Positions 1 through 9,201 of a DNA stretch of 64,000 nt are shown piece by piece (the first letter of the stretch is position 1; every line of letters begins with the position of its first letter). The notes under the pieces were generated by a model, which did not search any database, was not told the DNA's origin, and was given only the letters and a program-made list of their open reading frames with translations. Source of the stretch: Alphaproteobacteria bacterium (GTDB taxonomy: Bacteria > Pseudomonadota > Alphaproteobacteria > Bin95). The DNA is taken from NCBI GenBank assembly GCA_963665325.3, contig OZ224045.1, positions 544,001 through 608,000 of the forward strand, given 5' to 3'. The translations under genes were made by a program, and so were the position numbers.

Positions 1-3000
1 AGGATGCGCTTCTCGCCGTCCATGAACGCGGCGGTCTCGGCGAGATTGGCGGAGGCGGGCCGGCTGCGCAGCGCGAGGTGATCGCCCTTGGCGTCGATGA
101 TCCGCAATACCCGCCGCGACCGGCCTGTCACTTCGGCAACGGCCTCGTGCCCGAAATGCTGCACGATCTGGTCGAGCGCCGTCGGCACCGGCGGCAATGC
201 CGCCAGCTTCTCGATCAGCACTTCGCGCCGGTCCTCGGCTTCCTTGCTTATGACGGGGTTGCCGTCGGCGTCCCTGGCGGGCCGGCTGAGGAGATTGCCG
301 CCGTCGTCGGTGAACGGCTCCTGCAACTGCACCGGGAAGGCGTGCATCAGGTAGGAGAGGATCGCGTCCCTCGGGGTGAGGTCGATATTGAGATCGTCCC
401 ACTCGGATGTGGGTACGTCGGCAATGCGGCGCTCCATCAAGGCCTCGCCGGTGGACACGAGCTGGACCACGGCCGAGCGCCCGGCGGCGAGATCGGCCTC
501 GATCGCGCGGATGGTCGAGGGGCACTTCATCCCGGTCAGCAGATGGCCGAAAAACCTCTGTTTCGTGCCCTCGAAGGCGGATAGTGCGGCGGCCTTGGCG
601 TTCTTGTTCAGCGTGTCCTCGCCCTGGACGATGCCGGTGGCCTTCAGCGCCTCCTCGATGTTGGCGTGGATCACCTTGAAGGCGCCGGCGTAGGCGTCGT
701 AGATGCGCCGCTGCTCGGGGGTGAGAGGGTGTTCGAGGATGTCTACCTCGATGCCGTCATAGGCGAGCGCCCTTGCCTGGTAGAGCCCGAGTGCCTTCAG
801 GTCGCGGGCGACCACCTCCATCGCGGCGACGCCGCCCGCCTCCATGGCGGAGACGAAGTCGGTGCGCTTCTCGAACGGCGTCTCGCCGGCCGCCCACAAT
901 CCCAGGCGGCCGGCATAGGCCAGGCCCGGCACCGTGGTTGCGCCGGTGGCCGACACATAGGCGATGCGCGCGTCCGGCAATGCGTTCTGGAGCCTGAGTC
1001 CGGCGCGGCCCTGCTGGGACGGCTTCACCTCACCGCGTTCGGACTTGGAGCCGGCCGCGTTGGCCATGGCATGCGCCTCGTCGAACACCACGACCCCGTC
1101 GAAGGCGTGGCGGTCCTCCTCGTCGAGCGAGCCGGCCAGCCATTCCACGATCTGGTCCAGCCGCGAGGGCTTCCCCTGGCGGGACGGCGAGCGCAGCGTG
1201 GCGTAGGTCGCGAACAGGATGCCGGCGTCGAGCGGGATCTCCATCCCCTGGCGGAAGTTCCCCAGCGGGATCACGTCGCTCTCCAGCCCGCCGAGGGCGG
1301 TCCAGTCGCGGCGCGCGTCCTCCAGCAGCTTGTCGGACTGGCTGAGCCAGAGCGCCCTCTTCCGGCCGCGCAGCCGGTTGTCGAGGATGATCGCGGCGAC
1401 CTGCCTTCCCTTGCCGCAGCCGGTGCCGTCGCCCAGCATCCAGCCCCGGCGGAAGCGCACCGGCTCCGACAGGGTCTCGCCTTCCGCGGTGACGAGGGAC
1501 GTGTCGATTTCTTCGCCTTCGCCTTCGTCATCGTCGTCGTTGCAGCGGTGGACGGTCTCCCAGCCGGAGCCGATGCGGTACTCAGCCGCCAGATGCCGCG
1601 AATGCGCCTCCCCCGCCAATACGACGCTCTCCAGTTGGGCGTCCGACAGCAGGCCGTCCGTAATCACCTTCTCCGGCAGCGTCGGCCGCCAGGCCGGCAG
1701 CGGATGCGGCACGGCGGCCATGGCGGCCGACTGCACCAGCGGTGTCGGATGCGCGACCGCGGCCGGCACCCGCACGACGCCCGGCCGCCACGGGGCGTAG
1801 GGGCCGGCGTTGTTGTCAGGGGAATCGGCAACCGGCTCGACCGGGCCGGTCTCGACCGTGAGTTCGGAGATCGGCCCCCAGTCATGGGCCTGCCGCGATT
1901 CCGGGGTCGAGGCGGGGCGGGGGCCATGGCGCGTTGCAGGCTTCGGCGCCACCGGCTTGCCGAACAGGTCGCGGGCCGGAGCGGCCGGGATTGACGCGGG
2001 GACGATCGGCTGCCGGTTCGGTACCTGCGTGACGACGGCATCGAGCAGCTCGGCGGCGTTGGCGGCGCGAGCGGTCCCGTCCAGTTCGACAGCGGGTCCG
2101 GCGCCGCGCTCCAGCACGGTGAGGCGGGTGTCGAAGCCGGTGCCGCGTCTCGAATAGGCGCGCCCGTCGATGGCCATGGTGAAGATGCAGCGGGCCGGCG
2201 GGTCGAGGCGGCCGACGGTGTCGGCAGGCGCGCAATGTGCCGAGGTGATCGTGACCAGCCGGCCGCCGGGCGGCAGCATCGAGGCGGCCGAGCGGACATG
2301 GCGGAGGTCGGCGTCGCGGGTGATGCGGTCCACGCCGGGCGATGCCGAAAACGGCGGGTTCATCAGCACCACGGTCGGCCGGACGTCGCGCAGCCGGTCC
2401 GCGATGGCCTCGGCATTGAACGCCGTCACGACCGCCTGGGGAAACAGCCGGGTCAGAAGGCGGGCGCGGGTCTGCGCGTATTCGTTGAGATAGAGCGCGC
2501 CCGCCGCCCGATCGCCCAGCGCACATTGCGCCATCACCGCCAGCATGCCGGTGCCGGCCGAAGGCTCCAGCACGGTATCTCCCGGCCGGACCGCGGCGGC
2601 CTGGAGGGCGGCATAGGCGAGCGGCAGCGGGGTCGAGAACTGCTGGAGCCGGACCTGTTCCTCCGACCGCCTGGTATGCGAGGGCTCCAGCGCCGCGACC
2701 GCCTCCAGCATCGCCAGCATGCGGCGCGGCCCGTCGGCGCCGGCGCCGCAAGTGCGGCGCATGCCCCGGCCGTAGCGCTGGATAAACAGCACGACCGCCG
2801 CCTCGGCGGCCTCGTAGGCGTCCTTCCAGACCCAGGCGCCGGAGGCATCGGAACCGCCGAATGCCTCCGTCATGGCGTCGCGGAGAGTCGCGGCATCGAG
2901 CGGACGGCCGGCCTCCAGGACCGGGAGCAGGGCCTGGGCCGCGGCGAAGATGGGGTCGCTCTGGGCGGGACGGGCCGGGGAGGCGGTCGGTCGGATGGCG

Positions 3001-3056
3001 GTGGAAAGAACAGGCGGACGCGCGAGAGCGTCCGGCGCCGGGCGGGCGTCGAGCAT
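1..3056 (-). CDS. Strawberry-notch-like methyltransferase/helicase fusion (3' end runs off the window)
   Basis: Translated by hand from ATG 3056 (GGAGA RBS): QQFSTPLPLA, LEPSAGTG and LMNPPFS (N6-MTase motifs), WMLGDGTGCGKGRQ (P-loop), VVFDEAHAM. The same frame at the window edge reads AFMDGEKRIL. Confidence 0.9.
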   Translation of the reverse strand, partial: MLDARPAPDALARPPVLSTAIRPTASPARPAQSDPIFAAAQALLPVLEAGRPLDAATLRDAMTEAFGGSDASGAWVWKDAYEAAEAAVVLFIQRYGRGMRRTCGAGADGPRRMLAMLEAVAALEPSHTRRSEEQVRLQQFSTPLPLAYAALQAAAVRPGDTVLEPSAGTGMLAVMAQCALGDRAAGALYLNEYAQTRARLLTRLFPQAVVTAFNAEAIADRLRDVRPTVVLMNPPFSASPGVDRITRDADLRHVRSAASMLPPGGRLVTITSAHCAPADTVGRLDPPARCIFTMAIDGRAYSRRGTGFDTRLTVLERGAGPAVELDGTARAANAAELLDAVVTQVPNRQPIVPASIPAAPARDLFGKPVAPKPATRHGPRPASTPESRQAHDWGPISELTVETGPVEPVADSPDNNAGPYAPWRPGVVRVPAAVAHPTPLVQSAAMAAVPHPLPAWRPTLPEKVITDGLLSDAQLESVVLAGEAHSRHLAAEYRIGSGWETVHRCNDDDDEGEGEEIDTSLVTAEGETLSEPVRFRRGWMLGDGTGCGKGRQVAAIILDNRLRGRKRALWLSQSDKLLEDARRDWTALGGLESDVIPLGNFRQGMEIPLDAGILFATYATLRSPSRQGKPSRLDQIVEWLAGSLDEEDRHAFDGVVVFDEAHAMANAAGSKSERGEVKPSQQGRAGLRLQNALPDARIAYVSATGATTVPGLAYAGRLGLWAAGETPFEKRTDFVSAMEAGGVAAMEVVARDLKALGLYQARALAYDGIEVDILEHPLTPEQRRIYDAYAGAFKVIHANIEEALKATGIVQGEDTLNKNAKAAALSAFEGTKQRFFGHLLTGMKCPSTIRAIEADLAAGRSAVVQLVSTGEALMERRIADVPTSEWDDLNIDLTPRDAILSYLMHAFPVQLQEPFTDDGGNLLSRPARDADGNPVISKEAEDRREVLIEKLAALPPVPTALDQIVQHFGHEAVAEVTGRSRRVLRIIDAKGDHLALRSRPASANLAETAAFMDGEKRI

Positions 3057-3282
3057 GGGCCGGTCTCCGTGCTGAAGGGCATCGGACCGGCGTGGGCCGG
3101 GCGCGAAATGCGACTCCCGCCCCGCCCCGCCGGACCGCCTCAGACCGGCTGACTGCCTCCTGTCGGGGCCGGGCGAAGCCGCGGCGCCGGAGGGCAGCGC
3201 GGCGTGGTCGCTGGATCGAGCAAGGAAGAGGCGGTTCGGTCAGACCGCCAGGGTCAGCACCTGGTGCAGACGGCCGGGGGCG

Positions 3283-3927
3283 TCAGCCGAACCGCTTGCC
3301 GTCCGCCGTAAAGGTCCAGGCATTTATGCCGACGATCTCGTCGACGGCATCGTCGGAGGTCTGGTGCTCGTACTCCGAGCGGAGCTGGCGGTAGAGCCAG
3401 CGCGCGAGATCGCGCAGCGCCTCGGTGACGGCGTCCTCGGCATCGTCGGTCGACGGCTGCCAGGTCGGGCTGTCGCGCTCGACCTCGATGGTCATCGTTT
3501 ACTCGTGGCAGTAGCGCCCGCGCTGTCGGACGGTGGCATTGAGTTGCCAGAAATTCTTCCGTTGAAGCGCCTGGAGTTCGTCCGCGATCCGGTGCAGCTC
3601 CGTGTCCTGCGGCGCGTGGGCGCGAATGGCCCTGCTCGCGCCTCGGGCGTAGCTGTAGTTGCCGGAGAAAGACGCGCCGTCACCCTGGAAGCTGAAGCCA
3701 GACCAGAAAATTTGCGGCTTGTCGCGGGTGCCGCCGCCATAAAGGCGCACGGGGGTCGTCCCAAGCGTGATGCCGAGGATCCGGCAGATCGTCTCGAAAT
3801 CCTCGTAGACGAAATCGTACCACTCGTCGTGCAGGCCCTGGTGGCGATACCAGACGCGCGCGTTCTCCTTCGCGGCGTCGGAGAGCTCGTCGATCGTGTA
3901 GACCGTTATCTCGATGACCTGCGGCAT
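3283..3927 (-). pseudogene. Conserved ICE protein of the 'antitoxin of toxin-antitoxin stability system' family, broken by an in-frame TAA at 3499-3501
   Basis: MPQVIEITVYTIDELSDAAKENARVWY...WSGFSFQGDGASF...YCHE*TMTIEVERDS...WTFTADGKRFG. Both halves are in the same frame. Confidence 0.75.
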
Positions 3928-3929
3928 GG

Positions 3930-4451
3930 TCAGCGCCCCTGCGGGCGGGGGTTGCACCGGGTGACGCGGACGAACCGGACGGCCTCTCGAACGCGCCGCA
4001 GGGCGACGCGGTGGTGGTCGGGAATGGCGCGGAACCAGAAGGCCGGCTTGCGCGAGAACATGGCGCCGGAATCGGCGACGAAGCCGTCGGCATACGCCAC
4101 GAAATGACCGCCCGCAGAAATCGCCCACGTTCCCGCGGGCGCCGGGTCGAGAAACGTGCCCAGCGTGACGGCGCGCACCTCGAACGGGACGTCCGCGAAG
4201 ATGCGGTCCCAGACCTCTTCCCGGCGCGCATGGCGGCGCTCGCGGTACTTCGGATGGCGGATCGCGTAGTCGGGAACGAAGCCGAACTCTTCGAGGGCGG
4301 CCGCGAGCTCATCGGTATGGATGCCGTTGACCGAGGGCCGGTCGAACAGGCGGCGGATGACGGCGGCGGCCTCGTGGGTGGGCACGCCGGCGATCGCGGA
4401 AATCGCGGAGGGGCCGCACTTCGTGGCGCGGCCGGTGATCCGGTGGAGCAT
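3930..4451 (-). CDS. Hypothetical protein, possible papain/C39-like cysteine peptidase fold
   Basis: GGAGA RBS. KCGPSAISAI near the N-terminus and GGHFVAYADGFVADSG give Cys/His/Asp in the expected order. Confidence 0.55.
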   Translation of the reverse strand: MLHRITGRATKCGPSAISAIAGVPTHEAAAVIRRLFDRPSVNGIHTDELAAALEEFGFVPDYAIRHPKYRERRHARREEVWDRIFADVPFEVRAVTLGTFLDPAPAGTWAISAGGHFVAYADGFVADSGAMFSRKPAFWFRAIPDHHRVALRRVREAVRFVRVTRCNPRPQGR

Positions 4452-4586
4452 GTCGGTCTCCGGGCTGGAAGGGCATGGGCGTCCGGCACGGCGGGACTCC
4501 CGCGCCGCGCCGCCGGCCCGCCCGGCGCCGGCTGGCCGGACTCCGGGCGGGGCGGCGCGGGAGGGCGCGGCCTTCAGAGGCGGCGG

Positions 4587-5063
4587 TCACCAACGCTGCG
4601 CATCGAGGTGGCGCAGCACGGCGGCGGTGAGTTCGCGGATGTCCCCGTAGGAACGCTCGTCCGAGTCGTTCCATTCGATGAGGCCGTTCAGATGCGGCTC
4701 GGAAACCGGTGCGTCCCGTTCCCGGGCGCCGGTGTCGATGCCGGCGAGCCTGGTGTAGACCTCGCACATGGTCTCGGTGGCCTCCCCGGTATGGGACGGG
4801 TCGCGCCAGAGGACCGAACCGGTGTGGATCCGGATGGCCGCGCCGAGGCAGAAGCAGCGCGGGCTCTCGGGTATGGCGAGGCGGAAGGCGGGCGGATGGC
4901 GGACGTCGTCGTTGTCGACGACGTGGAAGCCGCCGTCGAACTCGATGACGTCGCCGTCGTCGTCGCGCCCCCATCCCCCCTGGTGCCAGCGCTTCGGGCG
5001 GTCGAGGGTCTCGTGGACGCGGCGGGCGATCTCGAGCTTCTGCTCGGGGCTGAGGGTCCGCAT
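4587..5063 (-). CDS. DUF6197-like hypothetical protein
   Basis: RWHQGGWGRD, CFCLGAAI and LIEWNDSDERSYGDI pattern; tightly coupled to the upstream gene. Confidence 0.6.
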   Translation of the reverse strand: MRTLSPEQKLEIARRVHETLDRPKRWHQGGWGRDDDGDVIEFDGGFHVVDNDDVRHPPAFRLAIPESPRCFCLGAAIRIHTGSVLWRDPSHTGEATETMCEVYTRLAGIDTGARERDAPVSEPHLNGLIEWNDSDERSYGDIRELTAAVLRHLDAQRW

Positions 5064-5065
5064 GC

Positions 5066-5482
5066 TCAGTCGTCCTCGGCAAACATGATGGTAATTGCGG
5101 CTTCACCAGCATCGCCGGCGCCGATCGCCACGATGGGGAAGTGCTTGCGGGGCGGACGGTTGCTGTCGCGCAGGTCCTTGCGGATGTCGCGCACCAGCAC
5201 GCACATTCTCACCCGGTCGCTGTTCGAGGCGCGGAGCGCGTAATGGCGCGCCATCCAGAGCACGTCCCACAGGCGTCCGCGCTCGTCCTGGAAGCCGAGA
5301 TAGCCTTCGGGAAGCGCGATAATGCGATCCCAGACCGTGCGCGTGATGGCGACGGGGATCTTGAATCCCGCTTCCCGCGCGGTTTCGGAGACGTCGACGA
5401 GGATGCCGTCCCCGATCGCCTGGGCGCGGGTGTAGGCGAAAATCACGGGACCGAATGCGGTGGCGTTGCCGGGATTGGGCAT
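5066..5482 (-). CDS. DUF6573-like plasmid/ICE protein
   Basis: VIFAYTRAQAIGDGILVDVSETAREAGFKIPVAIT...QDERGRLWDVLWM...ITIMFAEDD; GAGGA RBS. Confidence 0.75.
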   Translation of the reverse strand: MPNPGNATAFGPVIFAYTRAQAIGDGILVDVSETAREAGFKIPVAITRTVWDRIIALPEGYLGFQDERGRLWDVLWMARHYALRASNSDRVRMCVLVRDIRKDLRDSNRPPRKHFPIVAIGAGDAGEAAITIMFAEDD

Positions 5483-5569
5483 GGTCGGATTCCTCTTGGT
5501 GGAAAAGGCGGAGGCGATCGCGCCCCGGGAGTTTCTTGCCGGGAGAAGTGCGGCCGACCGAACCGGCTG

Positions 5570-6349
5570 TCAGAGCAGGCCGCGCGCCTGGAAGCTGATC
5601 GAGCCGCTCGGGGTTACGATGACGTGGTCGAGCAGCGTCACCTCGATGGTCTTCAGCGCGTCGCGGATGCGGTTCGTCATGTCGATGTCGGCGCGGGACG
5701 GATCGGGTGAACCGCTCGGATGATCGTGGACCGCCACGACCGCGCTGGCCTGAAGCTCCAGCGCGCGCACGCAGATCTCCCGGGGATATACCGGCGCGTG
5801 GCAGACGGAGCCTTTCTGGAGGCACTCGTCCGTGATGAGCACATTCTTCCGGTTGAGATACAAAATGTGGAATTCCTCGACCTCGCGATGCCCGGCGAGC
5901 GTGCGGCAATATTCGATAACCTTGGCGTAGCTGCCGAGGGAGGGGCGCACGGTCCGAGGGACTTCGGCCCGCGCCATGCGGATGCCGAGCGCCTCGGCCG
6001 CCTTGAGGGCGGCGATGGCGTCCTCTGAAAGACCGGGCACGCTGCGCAACCGGTCCGGGCGGGCGGCGAGCGCGCGCGGCGCCGTGCCGAACGTGTCGAG
6101 CAGACACCCGGCAAGCGCGTCGGCGTCGTTCACCGACGGGCGCCCGGAGAGCAGCAGCTCCAGCAGATCGCGGTCGTCGACCGCCTCGCGCCCGGCGCGC
6201 AGGAAGCGGGACCGGAGACGGCGTCGGTCCGCGGCCTGCCGGATCGACGCCGGCGCCGGACCACGATCCGGGGCGGGCGGCGCGGGCATTTCGTAAAGCG
6301 GCATCTCGTCGAAACCCGGAACGGATTCGGGCATGGCGGCGTCCTCCAT
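5570..6349 (-). CDS. radC: RadC family JAB-domain protein
   Basis: DLLELLL, HhH region, EEFHILYLNRKN, VYPREI, HDHPSGSPDPSRAD, LLDHVIV. Confidence 0.9.
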   Translation of the reverse strand: MEDAAMPESVPGFDEMPLYEMPAPPAPDRGPAPASIRQAADRRRLRSRFLRAGREAVDDRDLLELLLSGRPSVNDADALAGCLLDTFGTAPRALAARPDRLRSVPGLSEDAIAALKAAEALGIRMARAEVPRTVRPSLGSYAKVIEYCRTLAGHREVEEFHILYLNRKNVLITDECLQKGSVCHAPVYPREICVRALELQASAVVAVHDHPSGSPDPSRADIDMTNRIRDALKTIEVTLLDHVIVTPSGSISFQARGLL

Positions 6350-6372
6350 GGGGTCGAACGGAAGCGCCCCGC

Positions 6373-6436
6373 CCCCGGATCGGTGTCAGGGGCAGGCCCT
6401 GGATCGAGGGAGCCGGCCCCGGACGCCGATCCGGGG
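6373..6436. repeat. Inverted pair of ~25-bp REP/RPE-like palindromic elements
   Basis: CCCCGGATCGGTGTCAGGGGCAGGC (6373-6397) and AGCCGGCCCCGGACGCCGATCCGGGG (6411-6436); same family as the copies inside tra genes. Confidence 0.7.
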
Positions 6437-6512
6437 AGACATGCCCCGGCGAGCGGGACGGGGCGCGCTGGCAAAGTGGAGACGGGATCGGCGGGCGCCG
6501 GACCCGTCCGGG

Positions 6513-6731
6513 TCAGTGGGCCGGGACCTCCGGCGCCGGGCCGGGCGGGCCGAGCTCGACCGCGACCCTGCCGTCGCGGACGGTGACCGTGACGGTGCGG
6601 CCGGTGGGCATCAGCCAGAGCAGGTCGGTCCAGACGGCGTCGGCGATGGCGCGTTTCTGCGCCTCGTCGGTGGGCGGATCCGGCGCGGCCGGCGCGGCGG
6701 GATCGGGGACATGGGCGGCGGATTGCTGCAT
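6513..6731 (-). CDS. Small protein resembling the C-terminal module of the nearby GHKL ATPase
   Basis: AGGAGG RBS before ATG 6731. DEAQKRAIADAVWTDLLWLMPTGRTVTV aligns with EEACKTSIAEAVRRELIWLAPRGRTVDI. Confidence 0.6.
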   Translation of the reverse strand: MQQSAAHVPDPAAPAAPDPPTDEAQKRAIADAVWTDLLWLMPTGRTVTVTVRDGRVAVELGPPGPAPEVPAH

Positions 6732-6879
6732 GGGCTGGGCCTCCTGTTGCTGAACGCCGGACGTGCGGAACCGGGACGCTCCCGCGCCCCTGCCCGCCTC
6801 GTCCGGACGCATGCCGGCCCCCGCTCCGGGCGGAGCGGGGGCCGGCATCGGTGTGGAAGGATTGGCGGTGGCGACCGGA

Positions 6880-7359
6880 TCAGGCGTCGAGGATGCGGAC
6901 CCGGGCGCTGCCGCCGGCGACGTCGACACGGGGCTTGCCGTCGGGTGCGACGGAGACCGTCACCAGGGGCTTGTTTCCGGGCGGATGCGGCGGGTCGCGC
7001 ATTTCCACCGCGATCGTGCCGGCCTCGGTCGCGATGCGGACCAGGACCCTGCTGCCGGAGACTTCGACGGCGCCTGGCGGAACGGGACCGGTCAGGGTGA
7101 CGACCGGCGGGTCCCCGCGCTCCGTGAAGCGGTCCGGCACCGGCAGCGCGGCCTCCCCCCACGGGTCCGCGTCGGCGCCCTCGCAGACTGCATCGACGTA
7201 TGAGTCGCTGACATGGCCGGTTGACTTCCAGCCGGCCGGGTCGTCGTTGGCGGCCTCGATGGCCTTCTCCAGCGCTTCTTCCAGGGTGTCCGCCTCGACG
7301 GCAACGGTGTTCGCGACATGGCTCATGTACGCACACTGGACGGTCCAGGGCCTGGTCAT
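6880..7359 (-). CDS. Hypothetical ICE protein
   Basis: MTRPWTVQCAY...VEADTLEEALEKAIEAAND; ATGA overlap with the ATPase stop codon. Confidence 0.65.
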   Translation of the reverse strand: MTRPWTVQCAYMSHVANTVAVEADTLEEALEKAIEAANDDPAGWKSTGHVSDSYVDAVCEGADADPWGEAALPVPDRFTERGDPPVVTLTGPVPPGAVEVSGSRVLVRIATEAGTIAVEMRDPPHPPGNKPLVTVSVAPDGKPRVDVAGGSARVRILDA

Positions 7360-9113
7360 GACGCGGCCTCCGCCGCCTCGGCCAGAGTCACCGTGACGTC
7401 GGGCCTGCGGATCCGGATATCGACCGTGCGGCCGCGGGGAGCGAGCCAGATCAACTCGCGCCGGACGGCTTCGGCGATCGAGGTCTTGCAGGCCTCCTCG
7501 TCCGACAGAATCAGGCGGGTCGACAGGTGGAGCGCCTCCTCCTCGAAGCGGTTGCGCTGGGTCTCGTAGCTGTCGGCGTCGGCATCGTCGCTGGGCGAAA
7601 AGAACCCGGCCAGAAGCAGATCCGCGAGCTGGTGCGGTTGCAGCGCGCTCTCGGCGGTGACCAGCGGGATAGCGTCGCCGAGCCAGCCCCATGGCTCGCC
7701 CGCGAAGACGAGATCGGCCGGCAGCTCGAACCTGCGGACCGGACCGCGCAGCGGCCGGACGGCGAGGTCCATCCGGATCGTCTCGGGCCGGGGCGGCAAG
7801 GCGACGGCGGCGTGTCCCGTCCTCTCCGGCAGCGGGAACTGCTCGAGCGGATATCCCTTGCCGCCGATGGCGACGTGGGCGGCAATGCTGGCGACCCTGT
7901 CGAGACCGTCATACCAGTCGTAGCCCGCAAGCCGGCGGTCGGTTTCGAAGAGGCTGGTCGCCATGCCGGCCCGCTCTGCGGCGCGAAAGAATGCCTGGGC
8001 CTCGGGCGGCTCCGGGTCGGCGTCCATGACCAGGGCGCCATGGCCGGGCACGGCGAGCTTCGACGGTTCGCGCCAGTCGTCGACATGCGCGGTGGCGGGA
8101 CGCCAGGGACGCAGCACGGCCGGCGGCGGCGCGATGTCGATGCCGGTCTCCCGTGCCCGTTTCCAGTCCTCGAAGGCGGGACGCGGATCAGGGCTCGCGG
8201 CCATGGCGCGGTAGATGGCGAAGCGGGCGGCGTTTCGCATCGCCTTCAGGAATTCGTTCTCGACGGCCTCCTTCCGGGCCGGCAGCACCAGCTCGAGATC
8301 GGGGCAGTCGCCGATGTCGGCGCGGACCGACCAGGTGCCGCCATGGACGGTCTCGACCGTGGGAAGGCGTACCGGCAGGGTCAGGCCGTGGAAATTGAGG
8401 TCGGGATCGTTGTAGCCGCGATGGCGGTCGCGGAAGACGCCGAAGGCGAGGCCGCGCCAGGGCTCGGCATGGACCGCGCCGTCGAGAAAGGCCCGGCGGT
8501 CGAGCTGCTCTCCGCCCGGTTGGGCAGACGGACTCTCCTCGAAGAACACCGGCAGAGGGTAATGCCGGGCGGCATTCTCGGCCGCATTGCGGATGGCCGC
8601 GACGGCTTCGGTCGCCTCGAACGAAATCGCCGTCCCACAGGGATACGGCGCCCGATCGTCGGCATGCACCTCGGCCTCGGCTTCGCCCAGGAAATGCGCC
8701 GGTTCCAGCTTGACGCGCCAGCCGGGCACCATCGCCCGGTCCGGCGAACGCGGCCTGGACGAGACGGTGCAGTTGCGGCGCGCCAGGCTGGCGAAACCGA
8801 ATCCGGCGGCATCCTCGCGCCGGACCAGCTCGTCGTCCCAGCCGTTCTCGCCGAAGCTGAGCAGGACGGCGGGATCGGCGATCCCCGCGCCGTCGTCGGA
8901 AATGGTGACGGTGAGCGGCGTATCGCCCGTCGTAGCGGCGGTATCGTTGGGCTGGGCGGCGGTTGCGGCAACCGCAATGCGGACGCGTGTGGCGCCGGCA
9001 CGGCGTGAGTTTTGCAGAATTTCTGCGAGTATCTCCGCCGCGGTGGCGGCGTAGATTCTGGTCACCCGCTTCACGGCGCTGTCGTGAATGCGGGCGCGGA
9101 TCCTGCGGTTCAT
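7356..9113 (-). CDS. GHKL/HATPase_c-domain ATP-binding protein
   Basis: GGAGG RBS. EILQNSRRAGAT (N box), ISDDGAGI (G1) and DAAGFGFASL (G2). Confidence 0.85.
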   Translation of the reverse strand: MNRRIRARIHDSAVKRVTRIYAATAAEILAEILQNSRRAGATRVRIAVAATAAQPNDTAATTGDTPLTVTISDDGAGIADPAVLLSFGENGWDDELVRREDAAGFGFASLARRNCTVSSRPRSPDRAMVPGWRVKLEPAHFLGEAEAEVHADDRAPYPCGTAISFEATEAVAAIRNAAENAARHYPLPVFFEESPSAQPGGEQLDRRAFLDGAVHAEPWRGLAFGVFRDRHRGYNDPDLNFHGLTLPVRLPTVETVHGGTWSVRADIGDCPDLELVLPARKEAVENEFLKAMRNAARFAIYRAMAASPDPRPAFEDWKRARETGIDIAPPPAVLRPWRPATAHVDDWREPSKLAVPGHGALVMDADPEPPEAQAFFRAAERAGMATSLFETDRRLAGYDWYDGLDRVASIAAHVAIGGKGYPLEQFPLPERTGHAAVALPPRPETIRMDLAVRPLRGPVRRFELPADLVFAGEPWGWLGDAIPLVTAESALQPHQLADLLLAGFFSPSDDADADSYETQRNRFEEEALHLSTRLILSDEEACKTSIAEAVRRELIWLAPRGRTVDIRIRRPDVTVTLAEAAEAAS

Positions 9114-9201
9114 GGGCGGACCTCCATGACGGATGCGGAAACGGAACCGCCCCGCCGCCGGCGGTGCGCTGGCGGGGCGTTTCGGTGGTGGCTGCGGGCG
9201 C

